DNA from: Balanoglossus misakiensis
Lineage: Eukaryota > Animalia > Hemichordata
Length of the DNA: 64,000 nt
Assembly (NCBI GenBank): GCA_040954595.2
Contig: CM082592.2
Span: 1,054,001 to 1,118,000, forward strand
Direction of reading: 5' to 3'
Shown in pieces: positions 12,365 to 26,649 of this stretch. Both the position numbers and the translations under genes were made by a program. The notes beneath the pieces were generated by a model. The model had not been told where the DNA came from and searched no databases. It saw only the letters and a list, made by a program, of their open reading frames with translations. Every line of letters starts with the position of its first letter. The first letter of the stretch is position 1.

Positions 12365-15300
12365 TCATTGGATGAAAAATTTATTCAGACGATAGAATGG
12401 ATAAATATCTTCATGCGTGTAGTTGTGCTGCCCATTGATCCTCTTCACTCTGCAGGTAGTATAATCGCAACAATGAATAAAACACTTTAAACTGATTATA
12501 TGACATGATTCAAATGATTCAGTGTCTTCAGTTAGTCTGAAGACCTCACAATTAAACTTATCAAATCTCCGTGGCTGACATTGCCTTAATTGCTGCACAA
12601 CGCAGATATCCTTTGTGGGTGTTTTGATACATTTTACAAGTTTCCCATATGACTGTGAGTGAGAATATGAAAGAGAGAGAGAGAGTTGCAGAAAGAGGGA
12701 AGAGAGGGAAAGAAAGGGAGAGAGTGAGAGAAATGGAGAGAGAGAGAGAGAAAAAAAAAAGTTTAGTCTTATTACTTAAGAGTGAATAATATAAGATTAT
12801 CCTTAAATTAAAGCTGCAAGCAGTGTTGGCGGGTCCGAGCGGTTCCCATGGTAACCAGTGAATGCCAAGGCTGTATCTGCTGTGGATACTAATATATGGG
12901 AAAGTAGGTCAAAGGTCACTCGGGGTCACCCAAAATTTGGGTATAAATTTTTGACTCAATACTGGCCAATGTTCAACAAAAGCCAAACCTCTAGCCCCTA
13001 TTGGTTAGCCTGGAATTAGTGAATAACCTTATATTATCATATTTAGCCTGCATGAGGGATGTTGATCTCTGACCATAATATTGATGAAATAGAAATGTCA
13101 GAACATATAGTGCACCCATATCCTTTTCCATTAATTGTTATGCAATTGCATTACCTCTCTGGAAGACGTTGTATAGCTCAGAAAAGCACCTCTGTTGACA
13201 ATACCATTTTCTGCTTGCACTGCTTTGAACTCTCTTGGCCTGACATCTGTTGTTACAATCAGTCTAAAGTTATGAAAGTAACAACATGTACACAATCAGG
13301 AAAAAACAACAACACTTAAAAGTCGGAATGTAACAAATTTAAAAACTGTATCTGCAGACATATCACAAATTAATCACATGAACCATGGTTTTAATAAGTT
13401 AACAGTAGCTGTTTAAAGTGAAAGTGATAAATGGACAGCATTGTAAAACACTGCACGTTCAACCTTGTGACACAATGGAGTTGTGACATTACCTGTCCAT
13501 GTCATTGTTAGCTGTTTCCTCCTCTATGGATGCTTCACATGTGCCAGCTTGCAGCTGTAAAAATATTTCATTACTGTCTATTATTCTTTAAAACACTCAA
13601 ATGCTGTGTGAAAATTATCAACACACTCACAAATTTATTTATTGAATAGAGTCAGGTGTATATGATAGATTCTTGCACATTAATTTTTGTGAAATCTGAG
13701 GGAACATATGCAATAATAGCAGAACTCTGTGTGTGTGATCTGTGCTGTACCGAAGTTATTTTCACTATTACTGAACAAGTGAAATCATGACTGGCACAGA
13801 ATACACTGCATCACTCATGAAAATACCGTCTGTACCGGTATATGGCACAGGATGCATGCAAAAGTCCACGGATTCTGCTATTTTAGTATGGTACATTTCC
13901 CCATGGTCATTGTTTATAAGTGGAGATTGTAGCTGCAAACTTACCTTTCTCAAGTCACCTTTCACATAGCTTCTACTTTTGTTATTACCATATAGAAACT
14001 TCTGGAGTTCTGGTCGCCTATTCATTTTTTACTGAGTTTCCACAGGATCTGAGAATGGAATTTAAAATGATAACAAAAAACTTAACTATCATACTAATAA
14101 AAAAAATGTTCAAAACATCATTCCTGGTGATTTTAAAGAATACTGGGCCAATACCAAAATAGTGAGAAGCATGCATAGGTCACTGCAGTATTAATGTTTA
14201 CAGGCATACTTCATGGTGTACAGTAATAATAAACTTATTCCTGTACATCTAACATTTTTGACTAGTGTACTTTTGATATCAAAATGATATAAAATGCATT
14301 TCCTGTACATACTGACCATTCCTTGCAATAGATTGATTAGTCAGCCAGTTTGCCAAACACAGTCTTCCCATCAATAAATCTTTGTGACTAATTGCCATGC
14401 TTTCTTTTAATTACTGTAAATAGGTAAGTCCTTACCTGTAATCTCCATCAGTCTTCCAAAATCCACCTTGAAGTATGTGGCGAATCTGTTGAAGTCTACC
14501 AAAACTTATGGCCAGATCTCTAGATGGATTGTGGTGATTGGTAAATAAATACCTGACCCTGACCAAGCCCATTAACGATTTACATCTGAGAAGGGGAAAA
14601 TTAAAAACAAAATCTTCCTATATTATGTTTGTATTGTTTACCTTTCATCAACTTGTCAATTGATACATGAAGCATCTGATGGGTATCTCATAACTAATTC
14701 ATTATGAAACTAGTCAGACAGTGGAGCAAATGGAACCCAAAATAACCAAAGACCACAATTTTTAAGGTAAATATTTCATAAATGCTGCATACCTTTCAGT
14801 ATCAGTGCAGTCATAGGGACCATAATCTGATATGTCATCTATCAAGTGAAGCAGCATGTGTATCTTAGGTTTCTTCAAAGTTGAAGGAAACACTTTCTTC
14901 ACTTCACTGATCAGGTTATCAACCAACCCTTTCATTTCTCTGACATGTTGTTCGTCTACCTCTATGTTAGATTGGTGCACGAGTACAAAAACCTATGTCA
15001 AGAGAAAGAAGAGAGGCGTCATAAAAATATGATTATTTTGATACTTTTACAAAAGGAAATTCTTCATAAAACAGTTCAGATTTCACCATAAGATCAAATA
15101 CACACACACACATGTATATTATAGTTTTGCTTCAGATTTTCACAGCTCTACAGCCATAACCAGATACCCAAGTAACTTTATATACAATTAGTGATACACT
15201 TGGCATTTTCAAAAAATGGGAGCTAAATATCAAAATTAAATGTAATCTCTAAAACAAATGATAAAGTTAATGTTATAACCTACCTCACTGATGAGGTGCC

Positions 15301-18300
15301 ACAATCGTAGATACTCAGGTGGTACGTTAGAAGCCAGTATGAATGGTGCCACCTGGGCCCACAACTTGAAGTCCCTTCCGATAAATGACGTGTGTTTGTA
15401 TACAAATGATGGGGACAGAGTTAGTTTGAAAGCTGTCCAATCAAATACCTAACGTAATAATGAAACTGGTCTGTAAATACATATTGCCAATTATGTCAAT
15501 TACAATATTGATTTATACATGGGCGATTAAATTGTCAGCACATTTACATGATGCACTAGCAAACACAATGGACTTTGTTCCAGTATTGTAACATAGTATG
15601 AAAAAACTTCTGATTCATCATATAAAGAAAATTAAATACTAAATTATACTAAATTTCTTACCTTTAATTTGTGCTCTATTTCCAGTTTATCATTAGCTCC
15701 AATCACTTCAAATGTTAATTGGGTAAATATTTTTACTATTCCCAATTCAATGTTATGTAGTTTCTCAAAAGCAAGAGATCTAAATGTAGAATTGAAAATA
15801 CATAAAGGTAATTAATATTTCAACTTGTAAGTTTACACTTACAATGACCTTGAATTTTCAAGAGGATGTGAACATTGGTATGTTATAAGTGGTCATCCAT
15901 GGATGCAAACAAAGGCTTACCTTACCACCAGTCATGTGTATAATGTAACCTACCTGCCATTATCAAACGATTCCAGTTCCATTAGTGGATTATAAGTGTC
16001 ACTAATGCCATATTTAGTTTTCAGTTTCTTTTTCATCCTAGTATGAAAACAATTTCACATTAAAATTTATGGAGCACAATTCTGTAAGATTAACAAAATA
16101 CAAAACAAAACAAAACAGTACACCTAGCCTTGCACATTCATGCCCAGTGACATGCATTGGAACCTTCCTAATACTTAACTTAGTTTACACATCGCTACTT
16201 AAAACCATTAACAGGGGTTGAACTGTGTACCTGTTGGCATCTGTGACTAATTGTCATGGACATTAGAGAAACTGTATGTGTTTCTGTTCATGGTGCAAAA
16301 GTTTCATCACAGATAAATTGACACTGACCCTTTCTGTAAAATTTTGTACATTTTCTACATACAAAAGGTACATGGATTAATATGGTCGGGATTTTACAAG
16401 ACAAACGTGCATGTTCCACTATGCTCAACAGACAATCACTCCACATTCAAAGCTTGAATATAATTAACAAAACTCACCCATCAGTGCCAGTAGATTCTAT
16501 TTCGCGGATGATTGTCTGTGTGGAGTCCTTGGTTCGATGAGCACCTATCTCACATGGCTCATTTCTGGAGACCTGTAAATAATAATGATGATTTCCCAAT
16601 TAATCCATGGGAAATTGTTACACCAGCATATAACAGTACTTGCAGGATAAACCTCGGAAAGACGAAAAAGTCGACTGGACTGGCTTTGGTGTCAAGGCCC
16701 GCCACTTTTGCTTACAAATTATCAAACCATAAGGATGGCTATGAGATTCTAGACGGCAATAAACCTTAAGCTTGACTTTAACACCCAAAGAGTGATTTAA
16801 TGTGTTGTGGGTATTGGCATGTCATATTGTACCACTGCTAGAATAACACTATTTACTTACAGTACAGCGTTGACAGAATTTTGTTGATGCAGCACCGGTG
16901 TGATTAACAATCTCTGACTGCCTAACGTTGTCTGCTTTTACTAAGAAAAGAGGGGACACCACTAAAACTTCCTTATTGAGGTGGGCGTCAAACATAACAA
17001 CCCCCTCAGATTCTAACACTTTCAACTCGGCTACGAGAGGCTTGCTCAGCTCCAAGGCACCTACTCTTGTAGAAGCATTTACGAAAGAAATGTTCTCAAG
17101 TTTGTTGTTGTCCTCCTTTGGTAGCCCTCCCAACATCAAACACCACACACTTAGTGGACTCCACTTCTTGGTACTGCTGCTACCAACGTCATCAGAGAAG
17201 AGAACTATTGGTACAGTAATAACACTCTTACCAATTGCTGTAGCTCTTTTCTTAAGTGGATGGCTATCCACCAAAGACTTGACAAACTGTAACAGAAATA
17301 ACAATTTTATATTTATGTATATGTGATCGCATAATAACATAAATCATGATAACATTACCATTGACATGATTTGTTTAATTTTAGTTAAAGCCTCTAGAGC
17401 TGCCACTTATTGCATTATTTTCATGATTTTATTTTCCAACTTGAATTGGGCCATCTTAATAAGCTTACTGATAGGTATGTACCTTATCACCTGATGCTGA
17501 TAGAAGGAGTCAAGTGTCTACAATCATATAAGAGAGGGATAAAATAGCCAATGTTACACTTCCCCTTTAATAAATGCATGGCCACCACATAACCATGACA
17601 ATGTAGAATTTGTAAATACCTCATGGGAGAGTCTCTTTAATCCATTCTCTGAACCTATCTTCCATCCAACTGTTTTGCTGTTCACATCACCTTTATAGTG
17701 GCCCCTCAGTTGATTACTATGGATAGCTAGGATCTTGTCTGTATGACATACTTTTTGATCACGTATGTTACAAACAATGACCTCCACAAAGATACCTGGC
17801 TTTTCACCTTCACAATCTTCAGGTGTCATCTGAAACAGATTAAAATAAATTAATGATAAGTGATAACATGTTGATGAGACAAAAATTTGATGAACGAGTC
17901 AAAACTTAGACAACCCAAAACAGATGACTTGAGAAAAATGATATTGGAAAAAAAACAAAAACAGTACTATTTTACCTCAACATATATTGATGAGATGTAC
18001 CCAAGCAGCTGTGTCCCATTTTGGTCAATCCATACAAAGTCTTTCAGGTAAAAAACCTCATCATTTACCTCAACCATTGGTGTTTGATATCTGTGGTGAA
18101 GATGCCACTTCTTTGCTTCGTACATTTCCCTATTTCAAAATACATTTAAAATCCGTTACAATAGCTGATTTGGTATCATGACAAATTTCTAAGTTTAGTT
18201 TAAGCACATTACCTTGGTGACATTACCAATGAATTTATGTAACTCTCAACATACCTTATGACATTATTAGTTTGTTTTCTGGGGTAATGAGAAAGACGAC

Positions 18301-20397
18301 CAGATGTACTTGGTGTTGCTATCCTGCTTCTGATAGTGTCAATCACGGACAAAGAATAGTATTCCTGTCCCTTGGCATCTACAAACTGTAATGACAATTA
18401 ATAACATTATTATTATATAAACAGTGAGATTTTGGGGAAATTTGACATGGTCAATGTTCTGCATATTTTTGAATATCAAGTAAATTACCCCCTGCAAAAC
18501 AGTTTCACAGCATGACAATATATACATTTACATGCATTAATTAAACATAACTGGAAATTGCAATGCATATCTAGACAAAAGATTATTATGGTTTTAATGC
18601 ATACCAAATTTGGTTCCAGTTTTCCAGGTAGGTCAGCTAGATGCTGTTTCACCTGATACAAACTAGGCGTTGTCATGTCCCGTTTTTTCAAGAGATACCA
18701 AATGTATTTCAAATTGGTTTCTCCCTGTTTTGAAAAAAAAAGAATGATATTCATAACTTTAAGTTACTTGACCAATGTTTTAGTGTTGCATGATCTGGAG
18801 TCTTGCATTTATACATGTAGTATTTACAAAACGAGTGGCTGTTTCTATTTCACCAAAGACAGTGCCATTGATTCAGTGCATTATCTTTGAAAGGACTTGT
18901 GTTTACCCCTCCACAAAATAAAAAAAGATGCACAGCCACGACCAGGATGACCCCTCCCTTTATGGCATATTAGTTCTATCAACAATAGCATTACAAATTT
19001 GCTTTACTTGCTGACTTTACCAACCACCCAAAACAAGAAACTTTAAGACCCTAACTGTAACATTACTATACACGGTATTTACCAGAGGGCGAGGAGCACA
19101 TAAGAGACAAGCCAGTTCTGCATAATGTTCATTCTTGAATGGATACCATTCGTTGTTGTTGAAAGTAGAACTCAATGGTTCCTCCTCATCTGCACATAAG
19201 GAAGCAGCATCATCATCTTCATAATCTACAAACAATAGAAATGATCAATAGAAATACATTCATACCAATAACATTTGAAGACAATTAATAAAACAGACAC
19301 ACAAAAAATCACAATAATCCTTTCTTTGTCAAAATAATTTATCAATATCAAATTATTGCAACTGAACCTCAAAAATTCAATGCAATTTTGCAATGCATAA
19401 GATTCATGGTTTGCTCTGATACATCTTGAGCAGGATTGCTCACTATACCAGTATTCACACATTACTTAATACTCACATTCATTCCACTGGCTCACGTTCT
19501 CCAAAGCTGAATAATCTTGAAAGTCATGTTCTTCTTCATAAGAATTGTTGACCTGGAAGTAAGTATAATACAAATAAACTAAACTTTTAATTACATGTGA
19601 CATTTCTGAAAAGAAACTGAACATTAAAAAGAAAGGCAAAAATATGGTTTATATTCTATATTTATAATCTTTCCAAAAATAAAAGCAAAATCTGAAAGAC
19701 AAACTGTGTTTGAACATATTCAACTTTAAATAACAAATGATGAACAGCAAATGATAAATTCCATAAAACACCTGAAAAAAAAACTGTGAAGGCCAACATA
19801 CCACTGAAAAAATCACTGGATCATGAGAAGATGTAACAACTGTTGATGTCGTAGGTGAACTTTGTGTTACAGTTAAACTTGTGGTGGTTGTACAAAACCG
19901 TTTGGTGGCCTAAAAAAGAGAGAGAGAGAAAAGAATACTCAGAGGTTATAAACAGCAAGCGAGGGTAGTGGGTTGCGGATATACTAAGACCTCTCAGGTG
20001 AAAACTAGCATATTTGGCGGGAAATAATCACCAAGCGGAGCGAAGTGAATAATTTACCCAAAAGCCAATATTCATATGAGAGGTTTTAGGCCTGAACCAA
20101 ATACCTGAGCACAAATTGTTTATAACCTCAGGATAATACATTGTACAGCAAACCAAAAATCTACATGTAATACCTTGTTAATTTATTTAAATGAGCAAAA
20201 AAAAAATCAGAGGTGTTGAGAACCTCAGATTTCAATATTACCTGTTCTTGCATCCCTTCTAAATACTCATCAGAGTTTACCCTCTTTAGGTTTTCCTGAT
20301 ATCTGTGTCTTTTGGTTTCACTGTGTCGTTCTAAATATCTCCTCGATGCAAAAGACAAGCTACACACAACACAGTTGTGATTTTTTTGATGTGACAT
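12365..20397 (-). CDS. Multi-exon DDE transposase (CMC/Plavaka-like) with an N-terminal C2H2 zinc finger
   Basis: Approximate GT-AG exons: 20241-20397 (CVVC..H..TKRH), 19801-19910, 19477-19552, 19083-19225, 18605-18724, 18254-18385, 17975-18130, 17559-17829, 16861-17286 (VPIVLFSDD..KKW; KADN..SE..NH..FCQRC), 16478-16570, 15954-16038, 15662-15779 (EKLHNIELGIVK), 15283-15448 (SFIGRDFK..QVAPF), 14793-14992 (KPKIHMLLHL..YGP..TER), 14436-14585 (NHHNPSRDLA..GGFW), small exons 13500-14050, 12365-12655 (HCC..C, stop). Confidence 0.85.
12670..12750. repeat. (GA)n/purine-rich microsatellite in a transposase intron
   Basis: Direct reading. Confidence 0.85.
12808..13230 (+). mobile_element. Possible Helentron-associated non-autonomous element (HINE) in an intron
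   Basis: Starts TTAAAGCTGCAAGCAG; contains AGGTCAAAGGTCA; partial inverse CTGCTTGCACTGCTTT at ~13211; related motifs at ~63586 and ~63790. Confidence 0.4.
19942..20129. mobile_element. Small palindromic MITE (CryptonA-like)
   Basis: GAGGTTATAAACA...TGTTTATAACCTC inverted ends with a central GCGGAGCGAAG; a related end occurs at ~34690. Confidence 0.55.
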
Positions 20398-20574
20398 GAC
20401 TCGATTCTTTTGTACTTGTTAGTCTGAAAAATAATAAACATCCATTGTCACAAAATAATTAATTCATATTTCAAATTAAGCACACATAACAAAGTCTAAT
20501 ACGAAAGAACTAAACATGTCGGACAGGACATTTCCTCTTATATCTGAATGTCAAAGTCGAAGAAACTACAAAAT

Positions 20575-20881
20575 TATCGGAGATGCTAAAAACTCTTACC
20601 ATGAGTCATTTTGAGGATCACGGCTCGGATACTTTGAGCCAATCAGAGCTGAGTATTTTAGCCCAATCAGAGGCCTAGTTAATCACCCAATGACATATCT
20701 TTCCCGCCAAAACAAAATTTGCTACTTTTCTGGCTGGTTTTGTGTTTGTGTAATCACTTCTGGTGTGACCTTCAATAAAAGCTGTTTAAAGGTTGTACAG
20801 CTGCGTCCCGCTCCTGTAATTTCCCCTGCCATCCCCCAGAACCTTGTTCATAAATCCACCCCAGACGTAAAGTACGTCACA
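20575..20881 (+). repeat. BEL/Pao 5' LTR (two CCAATCAG boxes, AATAAA)
   Basis: Direct repeat of 26343-26649; termini TA...CA. Confidence 0.95.
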
Positions 20882-20885
20882 TTTT

Positions 20886-20904
20886 TGGTGCCGAGACCAG
20901 GATT
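20886..20904 (+). promoter_or_regulatory. Primer-binding site, tRNA-His-like
   Basis: TGGTGCCGAGACCAGGATT just after the LTR; resembles the complement of a tRNA-His 3' end (one mismatch from memory; tRNA-Phe is also similar). Confidence 0.65.
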
Positions 20905-20912
20905 TACCGGTA

Positions 20913-23900
20913 ATGATGGCAGAACCAGAGGAACAGGAGCACCCAGCACCCGCTCAGGCGGTCCCAGGAGCAAACTCGCTCAACAGGCTGAAAGGTACAC
21001 GAAGGGGTCACCGTGGATCCATGACAAGACTTCTCAACAAAGCAGAGGATATCATCTCATCATTTGAAGAGAACGATGACAAGATCGAAGCTCTCGATAC
21101 CCTCATCACCACGCGCGAACTGATAAACGCGAAATACGACATTCTCGCATCCCTAGACTTGAAGATCATCGAATCCGTTGACGAAGGCGACCTCGAAGGC
21201 GTGATCGAGGAAACCGAAGACTACTTGCATCAAGTTTTCGATAGAAAGCTCAAGATCGGCCGATTCATCGACAGAAATTCGCGAGCGACATCGCCCGACC
21301 GATCTTCCCACGAAGAAATCACTTCCGCGGCACCCTCCACTCAAAGGAAAACTACAAGTTTGCCGAAACTTCAGCTACCCGTCTTTTCGGGTGACATTCT
21401 CAAATGGGTCAGTTTCCACGACGCGTTCAAATCCGCTGTCCACGACGACAAAGAATCTGGGTGACGTCCAGAAATTCCAATACTTACGCGCACAGCTTCA
21501 AGGCGAAGCCGCTCGATCGATCGAAGGTCTGTCATTGACAAGTTCGAACTACGCACACGCGCTTCAACTTCTCACCGAACGTTATGGCAAAACACACAAG
21601 ATTATAAGCGCCTACATGAAATCGCTGTGGGACATGCCGAGTCCAGAAGGCGAACTCAGCAGTCTACGAAACTTCTACGACACTCTAGAGAGTAATATTC
21701 GCGGTCTCCAATCTCTCGGTAAAAACGAAGACGCGTACGGAGATCTACTTGTACCCATAGTCTTGGAAAAACTTCCCGGTAACACTCGCAAACAAATCGC
21801 ACGAGAACACGGTAATAATGAATGGAAACTCGGCGACCTACGAAAGGCAATTCTCAAAGAAATCGACGCTCTTCAAGCTGGCCTCTCCACCGCTGAATCC
21901 GACAGCGATTCTACATACGACGAATGCAAGCCGTCGATGACCGCCGCGTTTCACACTAGATCCGCAACCCGTTTCGCTAGGGTCAATAAACCGAAATCGT
22001 GTGCGTTTTGCAAAGGGCAACATTTTGCCAATGAATGCACAACCATTACCGATAAGAAGAAACGTCTTGACATCGTCAAACGCGACAAACTCTGTTTTAA
22101 CTGCCTCGGCAGGCATCGAGTACACGATTGCAAATCGAGATTCAGTTGCCGTTCATGCAACAGAAAGCATCATACCTCGCTTCATACTGATCGAGCTTCG
22201 GACAGTTCGAAAACCCCGACGGAAGACGCGCGCACCCCTTCCGCTACACACGTTCAGTTCGCCCGTACTGAGAACTCGAGTTGCGAGAAAGCGAGAAACG
22301 GGCCAATTCTCCTGAAAACCGCGGTCGTTCCAGTCTCTACGAAATTTCAAACGACAATTGACGCCACAGTGTTATTCGACGAAGGCGCGACGCGTTCATT
22401 CGTGACCCAAGATTTCGCGACAAGACTCGGTTTAGAACCGACCGGTACCGAGGTCATTAGACTGACTTTCTTCGGTGACAAATATCCGCGACAAAGATCG
22501 ATCAATGCAGCGACCATTGCATTGCACACGCTTTCCGGCGAAAAGAAAGAGATAAACGTTCTCATCATTCCGCAGATTTCGACGCGAATGAAAAACTTTG
22601 TCAAGCAACCAGTTGCAGACTTGCCTCACCTACGCGGACTAAACTTTGCTTACCCGGTATCGAACACCGATTCGTTCGAGATTTCCGTGTTAATAGGCGC
22701 GGACTACTACTGGGATTTTGTCGAAGATCGAGTTATTCGTGGCCCAGGCCCAACCGCTGTACGCTCGAAATTCGGTTACCTACTGTCCGGTCCCGTTCAC
22801 AAGACATATTCGTCTGATAGCGATGCGACGATTTTTCATGTTCTCTCAAACACGCACGACGAAGAGATTCAACTCCAAAATTATTGGAACCTCGAGACAA
22901 TCGGTATTCAAGACGATTCGCAATCTGCTGCTATGGATAACAATACCTTTGAAGATTACAGAGACACACATTTGCGCATCGAAAATGGCACATATATCGC
23001 GAAGTTGCCATGGAAGTCCAACCACCCGCCACTACCCACTAACTACGGGGTCACTGATAATCGCACGCGTTCTATGATGCGTAGGCTTTCACCGGACATT
23101 CTGAAAACGTATGACAAAATCATTTCTGATCAGGAATCGCGAGATTTCATCGAAGAAGTACCAGGCGACATGGATACGCGCCGCACCGGTCACTACTTGC
23201 CCCATCGCCCCGTGAAAAAAGATTCAGCCACTACGCCAATCAGAATCGTGTATGATTGTAGTTGCCGGCAATCTACCGACACACCGAGTTTGAATGACTG
23301 CTTACAAACCGGCCCGCCTCTGCTCAACGACCTCACACAAATTCTACTTCGGTTTCGCGCAAACCGCTTTGCCTTTACGAATAACATAGAAAAGGCTTTT
23401 CTACATGTTCGACATGACGAAAGCGATCGTCAATTTACGAAGTTTTTGTGGTTGTCTGATCCGACAGACCCGGAAAGCGACTTCAAAACATATCGCTTCA
23501 AAGTAGTTCTATTCGGCGCAGTTTGCTCGCCATTCATTTTAAACGCAGTCGTGAAAACCCATCTCGAGTCCGCTCAATCCACGCCAACTTCCATCGATCT
23601 CAAAAATAATATCTACGTTGACAACATACTTAGCGGAGCTGATAGCCCGGTCGAAGCAGTTGGCTACTACAGAGAGTCAAACCGTCTGTTAGAATCTTGC
23701 GGATTCAATCTACGAAGTTGGTCGAGTAACTGTGAAGATGTTCGCGCACTTGCTACAAAGGATGATAAACTCGAACGCGCTACTGACGTGAACACACTAG
23801 GACTTCGCTGGTTAACCGAAACCGACGAACTCGCCTACGCGAAGAAGAATCTCCAAATACCGGACAATCTCACTACGAAACGTGAATTGGTTCGAACCAC

Positions 23901-26211
23901 TGCCAGCTTATACGACCCTCTGGGGTATCTTTCGCCAGTTCTCATTAAGGCGAAACTGTTCATACAGCAACTGTGGATAAAAGGTCTCGCCTGGGACGAA
24001 CCGCTAGAAAACGAACTCAATAAACAGTGGACAGACATCGCAAGAGAAATACGCGAAACGACCACGTTGAAACTCAATCGCCGATATTTTGACAACTCGC
24101 CTGTCAATCAAAACTATGAGCTCCACGTGTTCGCCGACTCGAGCATGAAGGCCTATGGAGCCGTCGCCTACTTACGACATGCCAATCAAACCGCGCTTGT
24201 CATGGCAAAGAATCGCGTGGCACCTCTCAAAGAGTTCACTCTCGCACGCCTCGAACTAATGGCCGCCGTGATCGGTGCAAGGCTGTTGCAATTCGTCTCA
24301 AACGGCCTACAAGGCACAATTCGCATCACACAGAAAATTCTGTGGTCTGATAGTCAAATAGTCCTACATTGGTTGAACAGCGACAAGAAACTTCCGATCT
24401 TCGTTGCCAATCGTGTAAGAGAAATAAACGCGATTTCCTGCACCGCGAAATACTGTCCCACGGGGGACAATCCGGCAGATTTGCTGACCCGCGGGATTCC
24501 TATCGCTAATCTACGTGAGTCTGGCCTTTGGTGGAACGGCCCACCTTGGCTGAAACAAGGCGACTGGCCTATAAGCGAAGTGTTCGACAGCGCGATTCAC
24601 CACGCACCGGTATCGACGGTGAATGAATCGGAACTTCTCCCCGCGAGTAACCCCCTCGAGACGAGACTTCAAGATGAAAAACTCGCGGACTGTTTGACCG
24701 CTAAACCCCAGACAACCGGAATACAACAAGTGATTGACGCGAATCGGTTCAGCACGTTGAACAAACTTCTCCGTGTCACCGCACAAGTGCTACGATTCGT
24801 TTCGAACATAAAACGGAACAGCACTCGGAAATTCGGTCCCCTCACAGCTGAGGAAATACAACATGCCGAAAACACATGGATCAAGGACACCCAAAAACAA
24901 ACTTTCGGCGAAACAGGACAACGAACCGCTCTGACGAAGCCGCTGAAACTTTTCACCGATGACAGAGACATCACAAGATGTGATAGCAGACTACATAACG
25001 CACCAATTGGCTTCGACGCCAAATTCCCAATTCTGCTACCGCGAAACCATCGATTCACGGAACTCGTCATTCGCGACGCGCATTCGCGTTTACTTCACGC
25101 CGGAGTACAATCGACCGTAGCTCATTTACGGCAGAAATTCTGGATACCGAGAATACGCCGTACCGTGAGAGCTCTACTGAGTTAGTGCGTCACATGCCGC
25201 AAAATCAGCGGGCACGCCTACAGCTACCCAAGACAAGCACCGCTACAAGCAGATCGTGTGAAAACAGCCCCGCCTTTCAACGTAACCGGAGTTGACTTCA
25301 CCGGAGCGTTGTACATCAAATCGCCCAAACCTGTACGAGAGAAAAAGATGTATGTCTGCCTGTTCACTTGCGCTGTTACACGTGCCGTGCATTTGGAACT
25401 TGTTGACGACTTGTCCGCGAATAGCTTTCTACAAGCATTCCGCCGTTTCGCTGCAAGACGCTCGCTACCGAGCAAAATGATATCAGATAACGCGTCTAAC
25501 ATCGTGTCCGCGGCCGCCGAACTACGCCGTTTATTCGACGCGCCCGAAGTGAAGGCTCATCTCGCCAACAGACGCTGCCAGTGGAACTTCATCCCGAAAC
25601 GAGCCCCTTGGTTCGGGGGATTTTGGGAACGGCTAATCGGAATAACTAAGACCACAATAAAGAAGGTCTTAGGACGCGCCTACGTGACATTCAATGAACT
25701 GTATACCTTGCTGACCGAAGTTGAGGCCGCAATAAACGACCGACCGATCACATATGTTTCTTCGGATGCTGAAGACGCCGTGCCGTTGACGCCCGCTCAT
25801 TTATTATACGGACGCCCCTTGACAACGGTACCTTATCTCACCGTCGAAGACGATGAACTCACCGACCCGACCTACGGTAACCATAGCGATCTAAACAAGC
25901 GCTACACTCTGATGACTACGCTCCAGACGCGATTTTGGCGACGATGGGTATCGGAATATTTGCCCGCGCTACGTGAAAACCACTCGCCAATAGGGAGTCC
26001 CGGCAACAAGATACAGGTTGGGGACGTGGTCCTTGTACATGAAGACGTCAAACGACGCCTGGAATGGACTTTGGCTACGGTGGAACGATTGAACTACGGA
26101 CGCGACAACCTAGTCCGATCAGCGGAAATCAGAACCGCCAAGGGACACACCACAAGGCCAGTGAGCAAACTCTTCCCGCTGGAAGTGAACTCGCGCTCCG
26201 TATCGACATGA
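20913..26211 (+). pseudogene. BEL/Pao gag-pol (DUF1759-type gag, CCHC knuckles, protease, RT, RNase H, integrase) with a frameshift at ~21460 and a stop at 25183-85
   Basis: LPKLQLPVFSG, three Cys/His knuckles, LFDEGATRSF, IYVDN, LHVFADSS, VDFTG, SDNA, PWFGGFWER, TRPVSKLFPLE. Confidence 0.93.
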
Positions 26212-26342
26212 AGTGGACATTGACATTGTCTGTGTTTCAATGACAATCGAACAATGGACAATCTGATTTTTCTAGTTTGCATGTATTTCAGAATTTTCTA
26301 GTTTATTTTTGATTTCTTGTTCGCTTTTGCGGCCCGGGAGAA

Positions 26343-26649
26343 TATCGGAGATGCTAAAAACTCTGACCATGAGTCATTTTGAGGATCACGGCTCGGATAC
26401 TTTGAGCCAATCAGAGCTGAGTATTTTAGCCCAATCAGAGGCCTAGTTAATCACCCAATGACATATCTTTCCCGCCAAAACAAAATTTGCTACTTTTCTG
26501 GCTGGTTTTGTGTTTGTGTAATCACTTCTGGTGTGACCTTCAATAAAAGCTGTTTAAAGGTTGTACAGCTGCGTCCCGCTCCTGTAATTTCCCCTGCCAT
26601 CCCCCAGAACCTTGTTCATAAATCCAACCCAGACGTAAAGTACGTCACA
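26343..26649 (+). repeat. BEL/Pao 3' LTR
   Basis: Direct repeat of 20575-20881. Confidence 0.95.

Larger units (their letters stand above)
20575..26649 (+). mobile_element. BEL/Pao LTR retrotransposon, full length, 5-bp TSD AAAAT
   Basis: 307-bp LTRs 20575-20881 and 26343-26649 with two mismatches seen; TSD at 20570-74 and 26650-54; PBS after the 5' LTR; PPT GGGAGAA before the 3' LTR. Confidence 0.97.

Noticed and set aside
21391-21464. Programmed gag-pol frameshift or GTG start in the BEL element
   Set aside because: The shift falls inside the gag domain and BEL elements normally have one ORF, so a mutation or sequencing indel is more likely.
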